Shown: positions 1-11,346, counted from the first letter of the stretch. The stretch: 64,000 nt of DNA from an uncultured delta proteobacterium (GCA_963848295.1 CAWKDB010000010.1:1-64000); one strand, 5' to 3'. Notes: generated from the letters alone by a model not told the origin. Made by a program: numbers and translations.

Positions 1-890
1 AAGCCGCCGACGCCGACCACGATGAACAGGATCGCCTTCTTGAAGATCAGCAGGATCTTGATCAGCAAGCCGGTCTTCGCCAGGATCGCGACGCCCGCGC
101 CGCCGAGCACGAGACCGCGCAGGCCGATGCCCGAGTCCTTATCGCCGCTCTTGTGATCCTCGTAGCGCGACCCCGGTTTGAACCGGATCGCCGCCACGAT
201 CGGCGCGGTCGCGGCCTTCGCTTGCTCGATCTTGTCGGCACCGTCGATCAAGTTGATCGATAGGAAGCCGTTGCGGCCGAGCACACGGCGAAAGTAGTTG
301 ACGACGTTGCCCGACTTGCTGTGCGCCTTGAGCCCCCACTTCAGGTTGTGGCTCGGCTTGTCGTAGCTCGGCATCTCGCTCCACCCGTCGAGCATCAGGG
401 GATCGATGCCCATGGCCTTGCGTTTCTCGTTCTGCTGCTTGTTGCCCTCTTGATACGACTCGAACAGCTCGCTGGCATCGAGCTTGTCGGCGTCACTATC
501 ATCGACGTAGCCCTCGCCGCTGTACTCGAGGAGGATCGTCCAGCTATCGGTCAGGGTGCCGATCACCGCGACGACGTTGGTCGGATCGCTGCCGCCTTTT
601 CGCACCGCCGCTTGGGCCTCGGTCCTCTCGAGCAAGATCGCTCCGGCAGGCAGATCGATCTCGGTTTGATTGCCGAGGTCGACGAGCTTGGGCCCCGTGA
701 TGTGCGGCGGTAGATCCGGCGGCTCGGCAGCGGCGCCGCCACCGCCCGCGGTGGCCGGGGCGTCGGCCGGAGCGGGCTCCGGGGCCGGTGACGCCGCTTT
801 TGCCGGCGGTTTGGCCGGCGGCTTCTTGTCGGCCCACGCAACACCGGCGAGCCACACCATCGCGACGATCACACCAAGGCGTCGGGTCAT
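1..890 (-). CDS. DUF2167 family membrane-anchored protein (runs off the window edge; not in the ORF track)
   Basis: Manual translation: signal peptide MTRRLGVIVAMVWLAGVAWA, then GYVDDSDADKLDASELFESYQEGN, GWSEMPSYD, VNYFRRVLGRNG, FKPGSRYEDH and C-terminal TM segment LVLGGAGVAILAKTGLL. Alternative ATG at 899. Confidence 0.85.
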   Translation of the reverse strand, partial: MTRRLGVIVAMVWLAGVAWADKKPPAKPPAKAASPAPEPAPADAPATAGGGGAAAEPPDLPPHITGPKLVDLGNQTEIDLPAGAILLERTEAQAAVRKGGSDPTNVVAVIGTLTDSWTILLEYSGEGYVDDSDADKLDASELFESYQEGNKQQNEKRKAMGIDPLMLDGWSEMPSYDKPSHNLKWGLKAHSKSGNVVNYFRRVLGRNGFLSINLIDGADKIEQAKAATAPIVAAIRFKPGSRYEDHKSGDKDSGIGLRGLVLGGAGVAILAKTGLLIKILLIFKKAILFIVVGVGG

Positions 891-946
891 ATCGACCATT
901 ACATCATGGCGCCGCGCCGCGATCGAGACCGCGTATGCTGCGAACG

Positions 947-1780
947 ATGGCGAGCGGCGACCTGTCGATCACCGCGCTCTACACGTCGGGCGTGTGGGCG
1001 TGGGGGCGACTGCCCGACGCCGAGCTGTTCACGACTCGCGACGCCGAGCGCGTGTTCGCCGCGACGAACGCCGTGCTCGCGCTCGCCGCCGTCGTGCGCC
1101 GCGATCTACCTCCGCTGCGCGACTCGCTGCTGCACCGGCACGCGATGATCGATCACCTCGCCGCCGGCGCGACCGGCGTGCTCGAGCTCGCGTCGGGGTT
1201 ATCGCGGCGCGGCGCGACGCTCAGTCGCGATCGACGCGTGCATTACCTCGAGCTCGATCTGCCGGCGATGATCGCGAAGAAACGCGAGCTCCTCGAGCGC
1301 ACCGCGGCGGGTCGCGCCGTGCTCGCGCGCCGCAACTTCGAGCTCGTCGCCGGCGACGTCGCGAGCGCCGATCTCGCGCCGCTCGTGCGCTCGAAGCCGA
1401 CGCTCGTGATCGCCGAGGGGCTCGCGATGTACCTGACCGGCGACCAGCGGCGCGCGTTGTTCGCGAAGGTCGCCGCGCTCGGCGAGCTGCGGTTCGTGTT
1501 CGATCTCGTGCCCGAAGCCGAGCAACCTCCGCCCGGCCGCGTCGGTCGCGTGCTCGAGGCGGTGATGAAGCGGTTCACCGGCGGCCGCAGCTTCGAGCGC
1601 GATGCGCGAACCCGCGACCAGATCATCGCCGAGCTCCACGGCGCCGGGTTCGCCGAAGCTCGCGCGATCGCGTCACACGAGGTCGCGACCAGCTGGCACC
1701 TGCCGCGCCGCGAGATCGCGACGACGATGGTCGTGTTCGAGGCTACGACTACCGCAGGCGCGCGAGCCACTCGGTCGTGA
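947..1780 (+). CDS. Class I SAM-dependent methyltransferase (LCM/TcmP-like)
   Basis: VLELASGLS motif I, YLELDLPAMIAKK, LVAGD and LVIAEGLAMYL; start trimmed from ORF 788..1780. Confidence 0.8.
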   Translation: MASGDLSITALYTSGVWAWGRLPDAELFTTRDAERVFAATNAVLALAAVVRRDLPPLRDSLLHRHAMIDHLAAGATGVLELASGLSRRGATLSRDRRVHYLELDLPAMIAKKRELLERTAAGRAVLARRNFELVAGDVASADLAPLVRSKPTLVIAEGLAMYLTGDQRRALFAKVAALGELRFVFDLVPEAEQPPPGRVGRVLEAVMKRFTGGRSFERDARTRDQIIAELHGAGFAEARAIASHEVATSWHLPRREIATTMVVFEATTTAGARATRS

Positions 1781-2240
1781 ACACCGCTGACTTCGCGTAG
1801 CTCTGCTCGATCTCGTGCGCGATCAGCTTCTCGATCCGACCGCCGAACCCGAACGCGCGGACGACGACCTCGGCGCGCACGGTCCGCTTGACGCCCGCGC
1901 CGTCGGCGACGAGCTCGAGCGTACCGGTCGACCGCACTCGGTCGGGAAACACGTTCGGGACGGTCTTCCACGCGCCGATCCGAGTCGCCCGGTCGTAGTC
2001 GATGTGCTCGACGAAGCTCGCCCGCGACTTGCCGAACGCTTGGCCACCGGGCGACTTCGGATCGCGCCTCGGCTCGCAGCGCACGACGCGCACGATCCGC
2101 GTCGCGGTGCGATCGAGGCTGACGAGCTCGCGGCCGAGGCCGAGCGCATCGCCCAGCGCTGCGTTGAAAGGCTCGTCGAAGTACAGGCTCTCGTAGGCGT
2201 CGCGCGTGATCGCAAACGAATGCTCGACGACGAGCCGCAC
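1749..2240 (-). CDS. DUF2505 / SRPBCC-like protein
   Basis: 163 aa; EHSF..YFDEPFN start and VRAFGFGGRIEKLI end resemble myxobacterial DUF2505. Confidence 0.6.
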   Translation of the reverse strand: MRLVVEHSFAITRDAYESLYFDEPFNAALGDALGLGRELVSLDRTATRIVRVVRCEPRRDPKSPGGQAFGKSRASFVEHIDYDRATRIGAWKTVPNVFPDRVRSTGTLELVADGAGVKRTVRAEVVVRAFGFGGRIEKLIAHEIEQSYAKSAVFTTEWLARLR

Positions 2241-2250
2241 GCTCGGGCGC

Positions 2251-3012
2251 TTAGCAGCCCACCGCGTTCGTCGCGGTGAGGTTGACCGTCTTGGTCTGCG
2301 TCTGTTGCAGCGCCGGCACCTGCAGCTGCTGGACGCCGTCGTAGCAGTCGCTCGCGCCCTTGTAGCCGTGCACGCTGACCGAGTACGTGCCCGAGACGAT
2401 GCCGCTGACCGTCAGCGGCTGGGTGTCGTCGATGCAGCCCGCCATCGTCGGCGTCGTGCAATCGACCGTGTACGAGCCCCCTCCCGCGATCGAGAACGTC
2501 ACCGGCGCACACCCGCCGCTGCCTGCGTGCGTGAGCACGACCGTCGTCGCGGTGATGCCCGCGCCGGTGCAGTTGCCGCCGGTCACGCCGCTCTCGATCG
2601 TGAGCGCGAGCCCGCCGTGGTCGTCGACGATAAACGTCGCCTGCTGCAAGACGTTGTCGCCGCCGGACGCGATGTCGATATCGTCCTGCTCCGGCGCGGT
2701 CGCGAGCATCGCGCCCGATTCGTCGTCGAGCTCGTAGTCCATCGTGTAGATGCCCGGCGTGACCTGCTGGGACATCGCCGTCACCTGGTCGCACGGAAAC
2801 GCCTCGTTGATCACCGCGTTGAGCGCCGGCGCCGACGCCGTGACCTTGACGCGCAACGCACCGACCTGATCGCATGCGAGCGTGGCGCCGGTCGGATCGT
2901 GCACCGTCCAGTTCGCGGTGAACGAGCCGGTCGGGATCGGCGCGTCGATGAACCCGCCGCCATTGCCGCAACCCGCGGCGACGATCAGTGCGAGCAAGCC
3001 AGGAGTGCGCAT
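2251..3012 (-). CDS. Hypothetical Cys-containing lipoprotein
   Basis: MRTPGLLALIVAAGC lipobox. It forms the tail of ORF 2251..5658 only because of the pbpC frameshift. Confidence 0.7.
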   Translation of the reverse strand: MRTPGLLALIVAAGCGNGGGFIDAPIPTGSFTANWTVHDPTGATLACDQVGALRVKVTASAPALNAVINEAFPCDQVTAMSQQVTPGIYTMDYELDDESGAMLATAPEQDDIDIASGGDNVLQQATFIVDDHGGLALTIESGVTGGNCTGAGITATTVVLTHAGSGGCAPVTFSIAGGGSYTVDCTTPTMAGCIDDTQPLTVSGIVSGTYSVSVHGYKGASDCYDGVQQLQVPALQQTQTKTVNLTATNAVGC

Positions 3013-3059
3013 CGAACAAAATGGTACCGCATGCGGCGGCGCGGCGCGCCTTACGCGGG

Positions 3060-5436
3060 TTAGCGGAGGGTGGCTCGCACCTCGAGCGTGCGACGCGCCA
3101 CACGGCCGGCCTCGTCGGCGACGACGATCTCGTGCTTGCCGGCGACCGGCGTCCAGAACACGCGTTCGGTCGCGGGCGCGGTCGCGACCAGCGCTCCGTC
3201 GACGAACCACGACACGGTCGCGGCGCGGGTCGATGCCGAGAGCGGGATTGCCTGCTTCTTCGTCGGCATGCCCGGGATCAGCGTCACGATCTCGCCGTCG
3301 GCCGGAGTCAACATCGACGGCGGTGCGCCGGTCGGATCGCCGGGGCAATCGGCCGCGAACGTCGGCGTCTCGGGGACCGCGCGTTCGCGTTCGACGAGCC
3401 ACGCCGTGACCGCGCTCGGCAGCACGATGAAGCTCTTGCGCTGGTAGCTCACACCGGGGTGGCGGCACGCCGGGACCACCGCGAGCCCGTCGGCGCCGAC
3501 GTCGTACGCCTGATGATATGGACAGGGCGCGGTCGGCACCGCGTGGATCGGTGCGAGCACCTTGACCTTGTGGTCGCAAGCCTCGCCGGCGATGTGACCG
3601 GAGTAGGCGCAGACGTCGACGTACGCGAGATTCGGGCGGCGGCTCGGTCGCGACCGGGGCGAGCGAGCGGTCGGCGAGTGCCTCGAGCACGTCGAACAGC
3701 AGCGGGCCCGCGGCCTGCGAGCCGACGAGCTCGGCGCTCGGCTTGCCATCGGCGTTGCCGGTCCACACGACCGCGGTGTAGGTCGGGCCCGAGCCGACCG
3801 CCCACGCGTCGCGGAAGCCATAGCTCGTGCCGGTCTTCCAGTGAATCGAGGCGGGCACGCCGTTGACGTCACGACGGCGCGGAAAGTCGGGGCGATCTTT
3901 GATCGAGAGCGCGCGCCGGGTCAGCCACGCCGCTCCCGGTCCGAACACCGACAGCGGCGGCCGCGGCAGGTCGTCCGCGGCGAGTCGGAGCGGCGCGTAG
4001 GCGCCGTCTTCGGCGAGGGTCGCGAACAGTCCGGCGAGCTCGAGCGGCGTGATCTCGATGCCGCCGACGATCAACGACAACCCGTAGTCGCCGGGTCGCA
4101 CGCGGCGGCGCGCCACGCCCATCCGGCCGAGCTCGCCGACGAACGTCTCGACCCCGAGTTGCTGGAGCAGATCGATGAACGGCAGGTTGAGCGACTTCGC
4201 GAGCGCGTCTTGCAGCGTGACGAGCCCGGCCCAGTCGCCATCGTAGTTGCGCGGCGTGTACGTGCCGTACTGCATCGGGACGTCGGCGACGAGATACTCG
4301 GGCAGCGCCAGGCCGCGATCGATCGCGAGCGCGTAGAGCAGCGGCTTGAGCGTCGAGCCCGGCGAGCGCGGGCGAGAGAACATCGCGATCTGGCCGCCGT
4401 GCTTGGCGTCCGTGAAGTCGAGGTTGCCGACGAGCGCTCGGACCTCGCGGGTGTGGTGATCGACGACGACGACCGCGGCGCCGTAGATGCCCTTGTCATG
4501 CAATTCATCGCGGCGAAGCGCGATCTGATGCTCGACGATCGCCTGCGCACCTGCATCGAGCGTCGATCGGACGCGCACGACCCCGCGATAGCGCTGGCGC
4601 AGCGCGATCGCGGCGTGCGGCGCATCGCGCGGCATCGCTCGCAGATGATCGGGCGGTGGCGTCAGCTTGGCGTCGGCGATCGCCGCGCGGGCGTCGATCG
4701 TCGAGAACACGTTTGCGTCGATCAGCTTGCCGAGGATCTGATCGCGGCGAGCGCGCAGCTGGTCGACGTTGCGCGGCGCCGGTGCGTAGCGCGCTGGGCC
4801 TTGAGGCACCGCGAGCAGCGTCGCGATCTCGACCGGCGTCAGGTGCCGCGCGTCATGACCGAAGTAGGTCCACGCGGCCGACTCGATGCCTTCGATGTTC
4901 TTGCCGTACGGCGTGCGCGCGAGGTAGCTCTCGAGGATCTCGCGCTTGGACAGGCGCGCGTCGAGCTGGACCGCGCGGAACATGTCGACGAGCTTGTGCG
5001 GGATCGTCCGGCTCCGCGGCTCGAGCAAGCGCGCGAGCTGCATCGACAGGGTCGAGCCGCCCGAGACGCGGCGCGCGTGGATGACATCGGTCCACGCGGC
5101 GCGCACGACCGCGATCGGATCGACGCCATGGTGATCCCAGAACCGCTTGTCCTCGAGCGCGACGAGCGCGGCGACGAACTTCGGATCGACGCGATCGAGC
5201 TCGACCTGGAGCCGCCACTTGTCATCGGGTGACAAGAACACGTACGCCGGTCGGCCATCGCGATACTCGATGACGACCGACCACCCGAGCTCGCGATCCG
5301 GCAGTGGCACCGCGAACACCAGCACGAGCAGCACGATGAGCGCGGCGTTGATCGCGGTGATCGCCCACAGCGCGCTCCGCAGCAGTCGCCGGCGCGGCGC
5401 GAAGCTCCGGTGCCGCGCGCCGCGAGATCCGATCAC
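3060..5436 (-). CDS. pbpC: Penicillin-binding protein 1C (one-base frameshift near 3631)
   Basis: Transglycosylase EDKRF..HGVD and GGSTLSMQLAR; transpeptidase STLK, SLN and KTGT; C-terminal domain in ORF 3060..3872. GTG overlaps the A2M stop codon (GTGA). Confidence 0.9.
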
Positions 5437-8400
5437 AGCAACTTGCCGGTCCACGGGCCGCCGATCACGGCGGTGCCACCCTTCGCGCGCGCCCACAGCG
5501 TCGGGTCGTACATCGCGGTCGCCTCGACCGGCGGGATCGTGAACTTGCCCGACGTCACCGCGCGCACGGTGTAGATGATCTTCTTCGACTCGTGCGGACC
5601 GAGCTCGCCGAACGCCTCGAGGTGATCGTCGCGCATGTTCATGAAGTCGACCGACCACTGCTCGTCATCCTTGACCCAGTCCGGCTTCGTCGTCCGGCCC
5701 AGTCGCGGATTCTCGATCTCGAAGCCCGCGGGCAGCCGATCGACGAGCGCGATGTTCTGGATCGCGACGCTGCTCGTGTTCTCGATCTCGATCTCGACGA
5801 ACAACAGATCTCCGAGCTTCAGCGTGCCCTTGCTCGGATCGAGCTCGGTCGAATCGAGCGTCTTGTACGACCGGCTGACCTCGAGCCCGTTGCCGCCGAC
5901 CTTGTAGTCGCCGTTCGGCCGGACGCCTTCGCTGTTGATCACGAGCCACATTCCGGCCGACTGCGGCGGAACGTCGAGCGTGAGCGACTTGTACTCGGAG
6001 GCGCGCATCAGCGCCCACGTCTTGTCGTTCGCGGTCGGCGACTTGTGCTTCGAGGTCCGCGATTTGATCTCCGCGCCGTCCGCGACCAGCTTGCCGGCCG
6101 CGGTGCCCTTCGTCGCCGCGGACTGCACCCACTTGCCGAGGCCGGTGATCCCCCACACGAGCTCTTGGGTGTTGTAGTAGTACGCGGGCTCGCTCGCGAG
6201 CATCTCGGCGACGCGCTGCGCGAGCAGGTCACCGGCCGGATCGTTGCCGAACAGATCGTGGAACGTGCTGAGCATGAAGCCGCGCCGCCGGCGATCCGAG
6301 TAGAAGCTCCAGCTGTTGATCCGCTCGTCGAGGATCGGCGAGGTGTCGACCGCCTTCAGATCCTTCTCGTAGCGGCGATCGCCGGTCAGGTAGAGCGCGG
6401 CTTTCAGCGTGTAGAGATCCTCGGCTTGCTCGCCGGTCGCGTGCGCCGGGATTTGCGAGATCAGCTGCGCGATCCGCGCCTTCTTGCCCTTGCCGGCGAG
6501 CGCGAGCACGTAGTGGAGATACGCCTCGGACTGCTCGTCGTAGTGATTCCACGGCTCGTGGACGATCTTGGTCCCGCGTTCGTACGCGGTGACCCGGCCG
6601 TCGATCCACTTGAGCACCTCGGCGAGGCGATCGTCGGGCACCGCATAGCCCGCCTTCTTCGCGTCGAGCAACATGTGGGTCGCGTACGCGGTCCCCCATT
6701 CGACCGGCTCGGTCGCGCCCGGCCAGTAGCCGAAGCCGCCCGACGGCGTCTCCATCGAGAACACGCGATTGATCCCGGCGAGCACCATGTCTTCGATCTT
6801 GAGCTCGCCGAGCTGCGGATCGGTCTGTTCGACGAGGTTCGCCACGTACAGCAACGGCCGCACGGTCGAGGTCGTCTGCTCGATGCAGCCGTAGGGGTAG
6901 TGGATCAGGTAGCCGAGGCCCGAGAACGACTCGCCGAACGGGTTGTTCGTGAGCCAGAACGTCGTGGTCTCGCTCGTCGGCGCCCAGTTCTTGAGCGCGG
7001 TCGCCTTCGCCGCGAGATCGAGCGTGCCGGCGTCGACCTTCAGCTTCTGGACGACGCGCTCTTTCGGCCCGGGCGGCAAGAACGGCACGTCGAGCTCGTC
7101 CTTGACCTCGAAGCTCCCGGACTTGCCCTTCGCCTTCGCGACGACGGTCAGGTGCCCGCCGCCGACCGGCATCATCGCCTTGGCCTGGAACACGAGCGTC
7201 TCGGAGTGGCCGTCCTCGATTCTCGCGGTGCCGTTGTCCTTGCCCATCATCTGCAGCGGCGGCGGGCCGGACTTCGGCTGGACCAGGCCCGCGATCGGCA
7301 GCGCGACGCTCTCGAGCGACACCGAGACGTCGAGCGTGCCGCCCGACATGTTCGTGAGGAACACCGGGATCGCGACCTCGTCGTTCTGCGTGATGAACCG
7401 CGGGAACGTCGTCTCGATCACGAGCGGATCGCGCACCGTGACCTCGGCCTCGGCGCGACCGATCCGGCTCGGCGTCGACACGATCGCCATCACGCGCAGC
7501 TGCCCGCGATACTGCGGCACGGTGAACGGGATCGTCGCCTTGCCGTCGGCGCCGATCGCGACGATGCCGGAGAACAGCGCGACCGGCTTGACCGGTTGGA
7601 CGCGGCTCTTGTCGAGCGCGCCGCCGTCTTCGCCGTTCGCATCGCCGTCGTCGCCGCCGCCGGTCTTCGACGACGCGCCCGCCGGTGCGTGCAACATCGT
7701 CCAGCCGATCGTCTCGTAGGTCTCGACCGACAGTGCGCGCTTCGGGAACAGCTGCGCGAGCGGATCGGGGGTCTGGAAGTTCGTCAGCTGCAAGATGCCC
7801 TCGTCGACGACCGCGACCGTCGCGAACGCCGGCCCGTTCGTCTTGCCGACGTCGAGCTGGATCGCGAGCGGGCTCGAAGACCGCACGGTCTGCGGCGCGG
7901 TGATCGTGACCGCCTGGGTGAAGTCGGTCGGCGTCACCTTCGTCGACGCGATGCCGAACGCGCGATCGGGCATGAACGCGTCCTTCGACTCGAGGTGCGG
8001 GTCCTTGACGATGAACGCCGTGACATAGACGTTCGGCGTGAACTCGTCGAGCTGGAAGCTCCAGCTCGCGTCGCCGGCCGCGATGTCCTTCCACTCCGAC
8101 TTCACGACGTGGTCGGTCTCGACCGTCCACAACACGCGCCCCTTGTAGGGCGAGCGGAGCTTGACCTCGACCGGCTTACCGACCTCGATCGCCTTCGCGA
8201 GCTTGAGCGCGAGCTGCGTCGGCTTGGCGGCGCGCGGCGTCGCGTCACCGCGCTCGCCATCGCCGTAGCCGTAGTACTCGTACGGGTATTCGCCGTCGAG
8301 CACGAGCTCGGTCTTCGCCCTGCCCGCCTTGACCCGCACGACGTAGCCGGCCTCGGCCGAGCCGGGCGTGACGTCGAAGCTGAAGTGACCGTCGGTGACC

Positions 8401-11153
8401 TTCGCGGTCTGCTTGCCCTCGGGGACCTGGCGCATCCAGCGGTCGTAGCGCGACTCTCCGCTGCCGTCGTCGTAGCCATAGCCGTAGTCGGCTTCGAGAT
8501 GGACCATCTCGACTTGCACTTCCTTCGTCGCGTTCGGCGCGAGCTTGCCGTTCCAATCGACGACCATGCCCTCGACCGTGAACGTCTCGCCTGCCGCGGC
8601 GCGCTCCGCCTTCGTGCGCACGCCGAGGTAGTACTTCTCGGGATGCAGCATCGCGGTCGCGGTCTTGACCGTCGCGCGGCCGCTCCCCGCTTCGAGCACC
8701 GACGCGGTCGCGGTCAGCAGCCCAGTCTGCGCGAACGCGGTGCCTTGCGCGAAGTCCGGGCACGCGACGACGACCTTGCCGTCGGGCTCGATCTGGCCGC
8801 GGCCTTCGCCGAGCGAGACCGCCTTGCCCTTCGGCTCGACGCCATAGGTGAGATCCGAGTTCTGTTTCGGCTCGAACCGCGTCGGTTCGACCGAGCACGA
8901 CAGATCGACGCCGCTCTCGACCGCCGAGCCGCCGAACAAGTAGCGCGCGGCGACCTCGAACTCGACCTTGTCGCCGATCACGACCTCGGGGCGCTTGGCC
9001 GTCGCGGTCACCTTCATGCGCTCGGGCACGAACTCTTCGACCTGCAGGTTGTATTCGGCGAGCGGCTGGTTCGCGACCGTCATCGCCACCCGCCAGTGAC
9101 CGGTATCGGCGAACGCCGGCAGCGCGTGATCGAACGTCACGACGCCGGACGGGTTGGTCTTGAGCCGGAGCTTGCGCACGACCTTCGCGCGCGGATCGAT
9201 GACCTGAACGTCGATCGGCAGCGACTTGTCGGGCGCGCGATCCTTGATGTCGCGGACGATCGCAGTGATGTGTGTCGTGTCGCCGGGCCGGTAGACGCCG
9301 CGGTCCGCGTAGATCGCCGCTCGATACGGCACGTCGGCGACGTACGGCACGCCCGACGTGCTCGACTCGGCGACATCCGCGCGCAGGTCGGTGTAACGCA
9401 GGTACGTCATGTCGTCGCCCTTGTGCGCGATCAGCGCGAACGGCTCGGACTGATCGAGATCGTCGTCGATGCCGGTCAGCGAACAGCCGTGATCGCCCGA
9501 CGTCGTGCACCGCCCGACGATCTTGCCGCTCTTGCGCACGAGATCGACCTCGACGCCGTCGAGCGTATCGGCGCTGTCCATGTCGAGCGCCCAGACCTGG
9601 ACGGTTTGCATCCACGGCTTGTCCGCGGGCGCCGTCTTCTTCGCGACGAGCGACAGGTTCGTCAGCATCAGCCGCGACGTCGCCTCTGCGCCGATCCCGA
9701 CGACGCGGAGCTCGAGCACGCCTTTCGTCGTCGCCGGCAATAGATGCGCGACATCGAGCCAGGTCGTCGTCCCGACATCGGCATCGCCGCGCAACGGGAT
9801 CGTCTTCTTGAGGATCACGTCGCTCGTCCGTTCGTCGGCGGCGTCGCTGCCGTCGTTGCCGAGCCAGAACACGAGGTTCTCCGGCGGGATCAGGCGGACG
9901 ACCAGGTTCAAGCTGTCGACGTTGAGGTGCTTGATCCCGAGGTTGGTCCACGCGGTGCGGGGCAGATAGCGACCGCTCGCCGCGAACGACAGCTGCGGCT
10001 TGCGCGCCGACACCGAAAACGACTTCGCAAACGGCGCGAGCAACATCCCGCCGTCGACCGAGCGTGCGCCCGCGTCGATCTTCATCGCGTAGGCGCCGCG
10101 CTTGAAGTCGCCGAAGATCCGGAACCCGGCGCGACCGGCCGTGATGTACGATTTCTTGACCGGCGGATCGAAGTGGATGCGCGACATCGCTTCGTCGTCG
10201 AGCTGGCAGCGCTGCGACAGGTTGTAGTAGCCCTCGCCTTCGTAATAAGAGCGATTGCCCACCGGCGCCGCATCGTCGTCGCAGATCACCTCGACGTAGA
10301 ACCCGTTCGAGCCCTCAGTCACGACCGCGGCCTTGATCGCGATCGCCTTCTCTTCGGCCACGACGTAGTCGGCCTTCGCCGCCGGCGCCTTCGCCTCGGT
10401 CAACGAGCGCAGCCCGGACTTCACGGTCAACCCGAGCTTCGAGCCGAGCGCGAGCCGTTGATCCGAGACGATCATCTCGACCGTGTTGTCCGACGTCGTC
10501 GGCTTGCCCTCGATGCCGGTCGGCGCGTGGCCGTCGACCGTGATGTCGATGCCGGCTCGCACGATGTTCGGCAACACCGCGCCGGAGAACGTCAGCTGCA
10601 TCGTGATCGTGCCCTTGCCGATCTCGACCGCGGTCGGCGCCCAGCTCAGGAACTCGAAGCTCGGCGTCTTGAACGAGTAGCTCCACTTTTCGCCGCTCGG
10701 CGGAGCGAGCAAGCCGTCCTGAGTCTCGAGCTTCTGGACGTCGAACGTGTAGCTCGTGTCGAAGTCGAACGGCCGCGCCGGCGTGAACGTCAGCTCGGAC
10801 ACGCCGCTGTACACGAGCGAGCCGGCGGTCTCGGGCGTGACCTTGACGACCGACTGGCTGCTCGCGCTCCCGACCGTGCCGCGCTCGACGATCGGCGTCG
10901 CGAGCTCGATCACCACCGCGGTCGGCACGACGTGCTCCTCGCCGAGCTCGTGGATCAGCGGCTGGATCCGCTTCGCCGTCACCAGCGCCCGCTTCGGCGC
11001 ATCGGCGTCGGACTTGCCGGCGACGCCGGCGCTCTTCCCGTGCGAGCCGGACCTGGCCCTGCCGAGGGTCTCGAGCGAAGACCTCTTCGAGCTACACGTG
11101 ATCGACACGGCCGCGCACAGCGCGACCGCCAACAACCGGCGACCCTTGATCAT
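5433..11153 (-). CDS. Bacterial alpha-2-macroglobulin (YfhM-like)
   Basis: About 1900 aa; DRGVYRPGD, VEEFVPERM, AVVDEGIL, thioester YPYGCIEQ, DRLPAGFEIEN and AMYDP; directly upstream of pbpC. Confidence 0.95.
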   Translation of the reverse strand: MIKGRRLLAVALCAAVSITCSSKRSSLETLGRARSGSHGKSAGVAGKSDADAPKRALVTAKRIQPLIHELGEEHVVPTAVVIELATPIVERGTVGSASSQSVVKVTPETAGSLVYSGVSELTFTPARPFDFDTSYTFDVQKLETQDGLLAPPSGEKWSYSFKTPSFEFLSWAPTAVEIGKGTITMQLTFSGAVLPNIVRAGIDITVDGHAPTGIEGKPTTSDNTVEMIVSDQRLALGSKLGLTVKSGLRSLTEAKAPAAKADYVVAEEKAIAIKAAVVTEGSNGFYVEVICDDDAAPVGNRSYYEGEGYYNLSQRCQLDDEAMSRIHFDPPVKKSYITAGRAGFRIFGDFKRGAYAMKIDAGARSVDGGMLLAPFAKSFSVSARKPQLSFAASGRYLPRTAWTNLGIKHLNVDSLNLVVRLIPPENLVFWLGNDGSDAADERTSDVILKKTIPLRGDADVGTTTWLDVAHLLPATTKGVLELRVVGIGAEATSRLMLTNLSLVAKKTAPADKPWMQTVQVWALDMDSADTLDGVEVDLVRKSGKIVGRCTTSGDHGCSLTGIDDDLDQSEPFALIAHKGDDMTYLRYTDLRADVAESSTSGVPYVADVPYRAAIYADRGVYRPGDTTHITAIVRDIKDRAPDKSLPIDVQVIDPRAKVVRKLRLKTNPSGVVTFDHALPAFADTGHWRVAMTVANQPLAEYNLQVEEFVPERMKVTATAKRPEVVIGDKVEFEVAARYLFGGSAVESGVDLSCSVEPTRFEPKQNSDLTYGVEPKGKAVSLGEGRGQIEPDGKVVVACPDFAQGTAFAQTGLLTATASVLEAGSGRATVKTATAMLHPEKYYLGVRTKAERAAAGETFTVEGMVVDWNGKLAPNATKEVQVEMVHLEADYGYGYDDGSGESRYDRWMRQVPEGKQTAKVTDGHFSFDVTPGSAEAGYVVRVKAGRAKTELVLDGEYPYEYYGYGDGERGDATPRAAKPTQLALKLAKAIEVGKPVEVKLRSPYKGRVLWTVETDHVVKSEWKDIAAGDASWSFQLDEFTPNVYVTAFIVKDPHLESKDAFMPDRAFGIASTKVTPTDFTQAVTITAPQTVRSSSPLAIQLDVGKTNGPAFATVAVVDEGILQLTNFQTPDPLAQLFPKRALSVETYETIGWTMLHAPAGASSKTGGGDDGDANGEDGGALDKSRVQPVKPVALFSGIVAIGADGKATIPFTVPQYRGQLRVMAIVSTPSRIGRAEAEVTVRDPLVIETTFPRFITQNDEVAIPVFLTNMSGGTLDVSVSLESVALPIAGLVQPKSGPPPLQMMGKDNGTARIEDGHSETLVFQAKAMMPVGGGHLTVVAKAKGKSGSFEVKDELDVPFLPPGPKERVVQKLKVDAGTLDLAAKATALKNWAPTSETTTFWLTNNPFGESFSGLGYLIHYPYGCIEQTTSTVRPLLYVANLVEQTDPQLGELKIEDMVLAGINRVFSMETPSGGFGYWPGATEPVEWGTAYATHMLLDAKKAGYAVPDDRLAEVLKWIDGRVTAYERGTKIVHEPWNHYDEQSEAYLHYVLALAGKGKKARIAQLISQIPAHATGEQAEDLYTLKAALYLTGDRRYEKDLKAVDTSPILDERINSWSFYSDRRRRGFMLSTFHDLFGNDPAGDLLAQRVAEMLASEPAYYYNTQELVWGITGLGKWVQSAATKGTAAGKLVADGAEIKSRTSKHKSPTANDKTWALMRASEYKSLTLDVPPQSAGMWLVINSEGVRPNGDYKVGGNGLEVSRSYKTLDSTELDPSKGTLKLGDLLFVEIEIENTSSVAIQNIALVDRLPAGFEIENPRLGRTTKPDWVKDDEQWSVDFMNMRDDHLEAFGELGPHESKKIIYTVRAVTSGKFTIPPVEATAMYDPTLWARAKGGTAVIGGPWTGKLL

Positions 11154-11300
11154 GTTCGTCCTTGCGCACAGGAACGCCCGACCCCGATCGAGCATTCCTA
11201 ACTGGCGAGGACCATACCGTATCGGCGGCGGCGATCGGCGCAGGGGCCCTCGCTCGTGGGCCAGAAAGCGCCGCCGTCGCGTACGGCAAATCGGGCCGTT

Positions 11301-11346
11301 GTGCAAACCTTTGCACTTTGCAAGCGAAGGCGGCTCAGCATACTGT
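11301..11346 (+). promoter_or_regulatory. sigma70-like promoter with an adjacent palindromic operator
   Basis: TTGCAA (11318-11323), 17 nt, TACTGT (11341-11346); perfect inverted repeat GTGCAAA-CC-TTTGCAC at 11301-11316; GGAGG RBS before TTG 11372. Confidence 0.5.

Noticed and set aside
2251..5658. 1135-aa PBP1C-lipoprotein fusion ORF
   Set aside because: Artefact of the frameshift near 3631. The true PBP1C C-terminus is in another frame and the lipoprotein has its own signal peptide.
5592..11201. Very long antisense ORFs (1383 and 485 aa; also 39123..42752)
   Set aside because: Arg/Ala-rich shadows of real genes, expected at high GC3.
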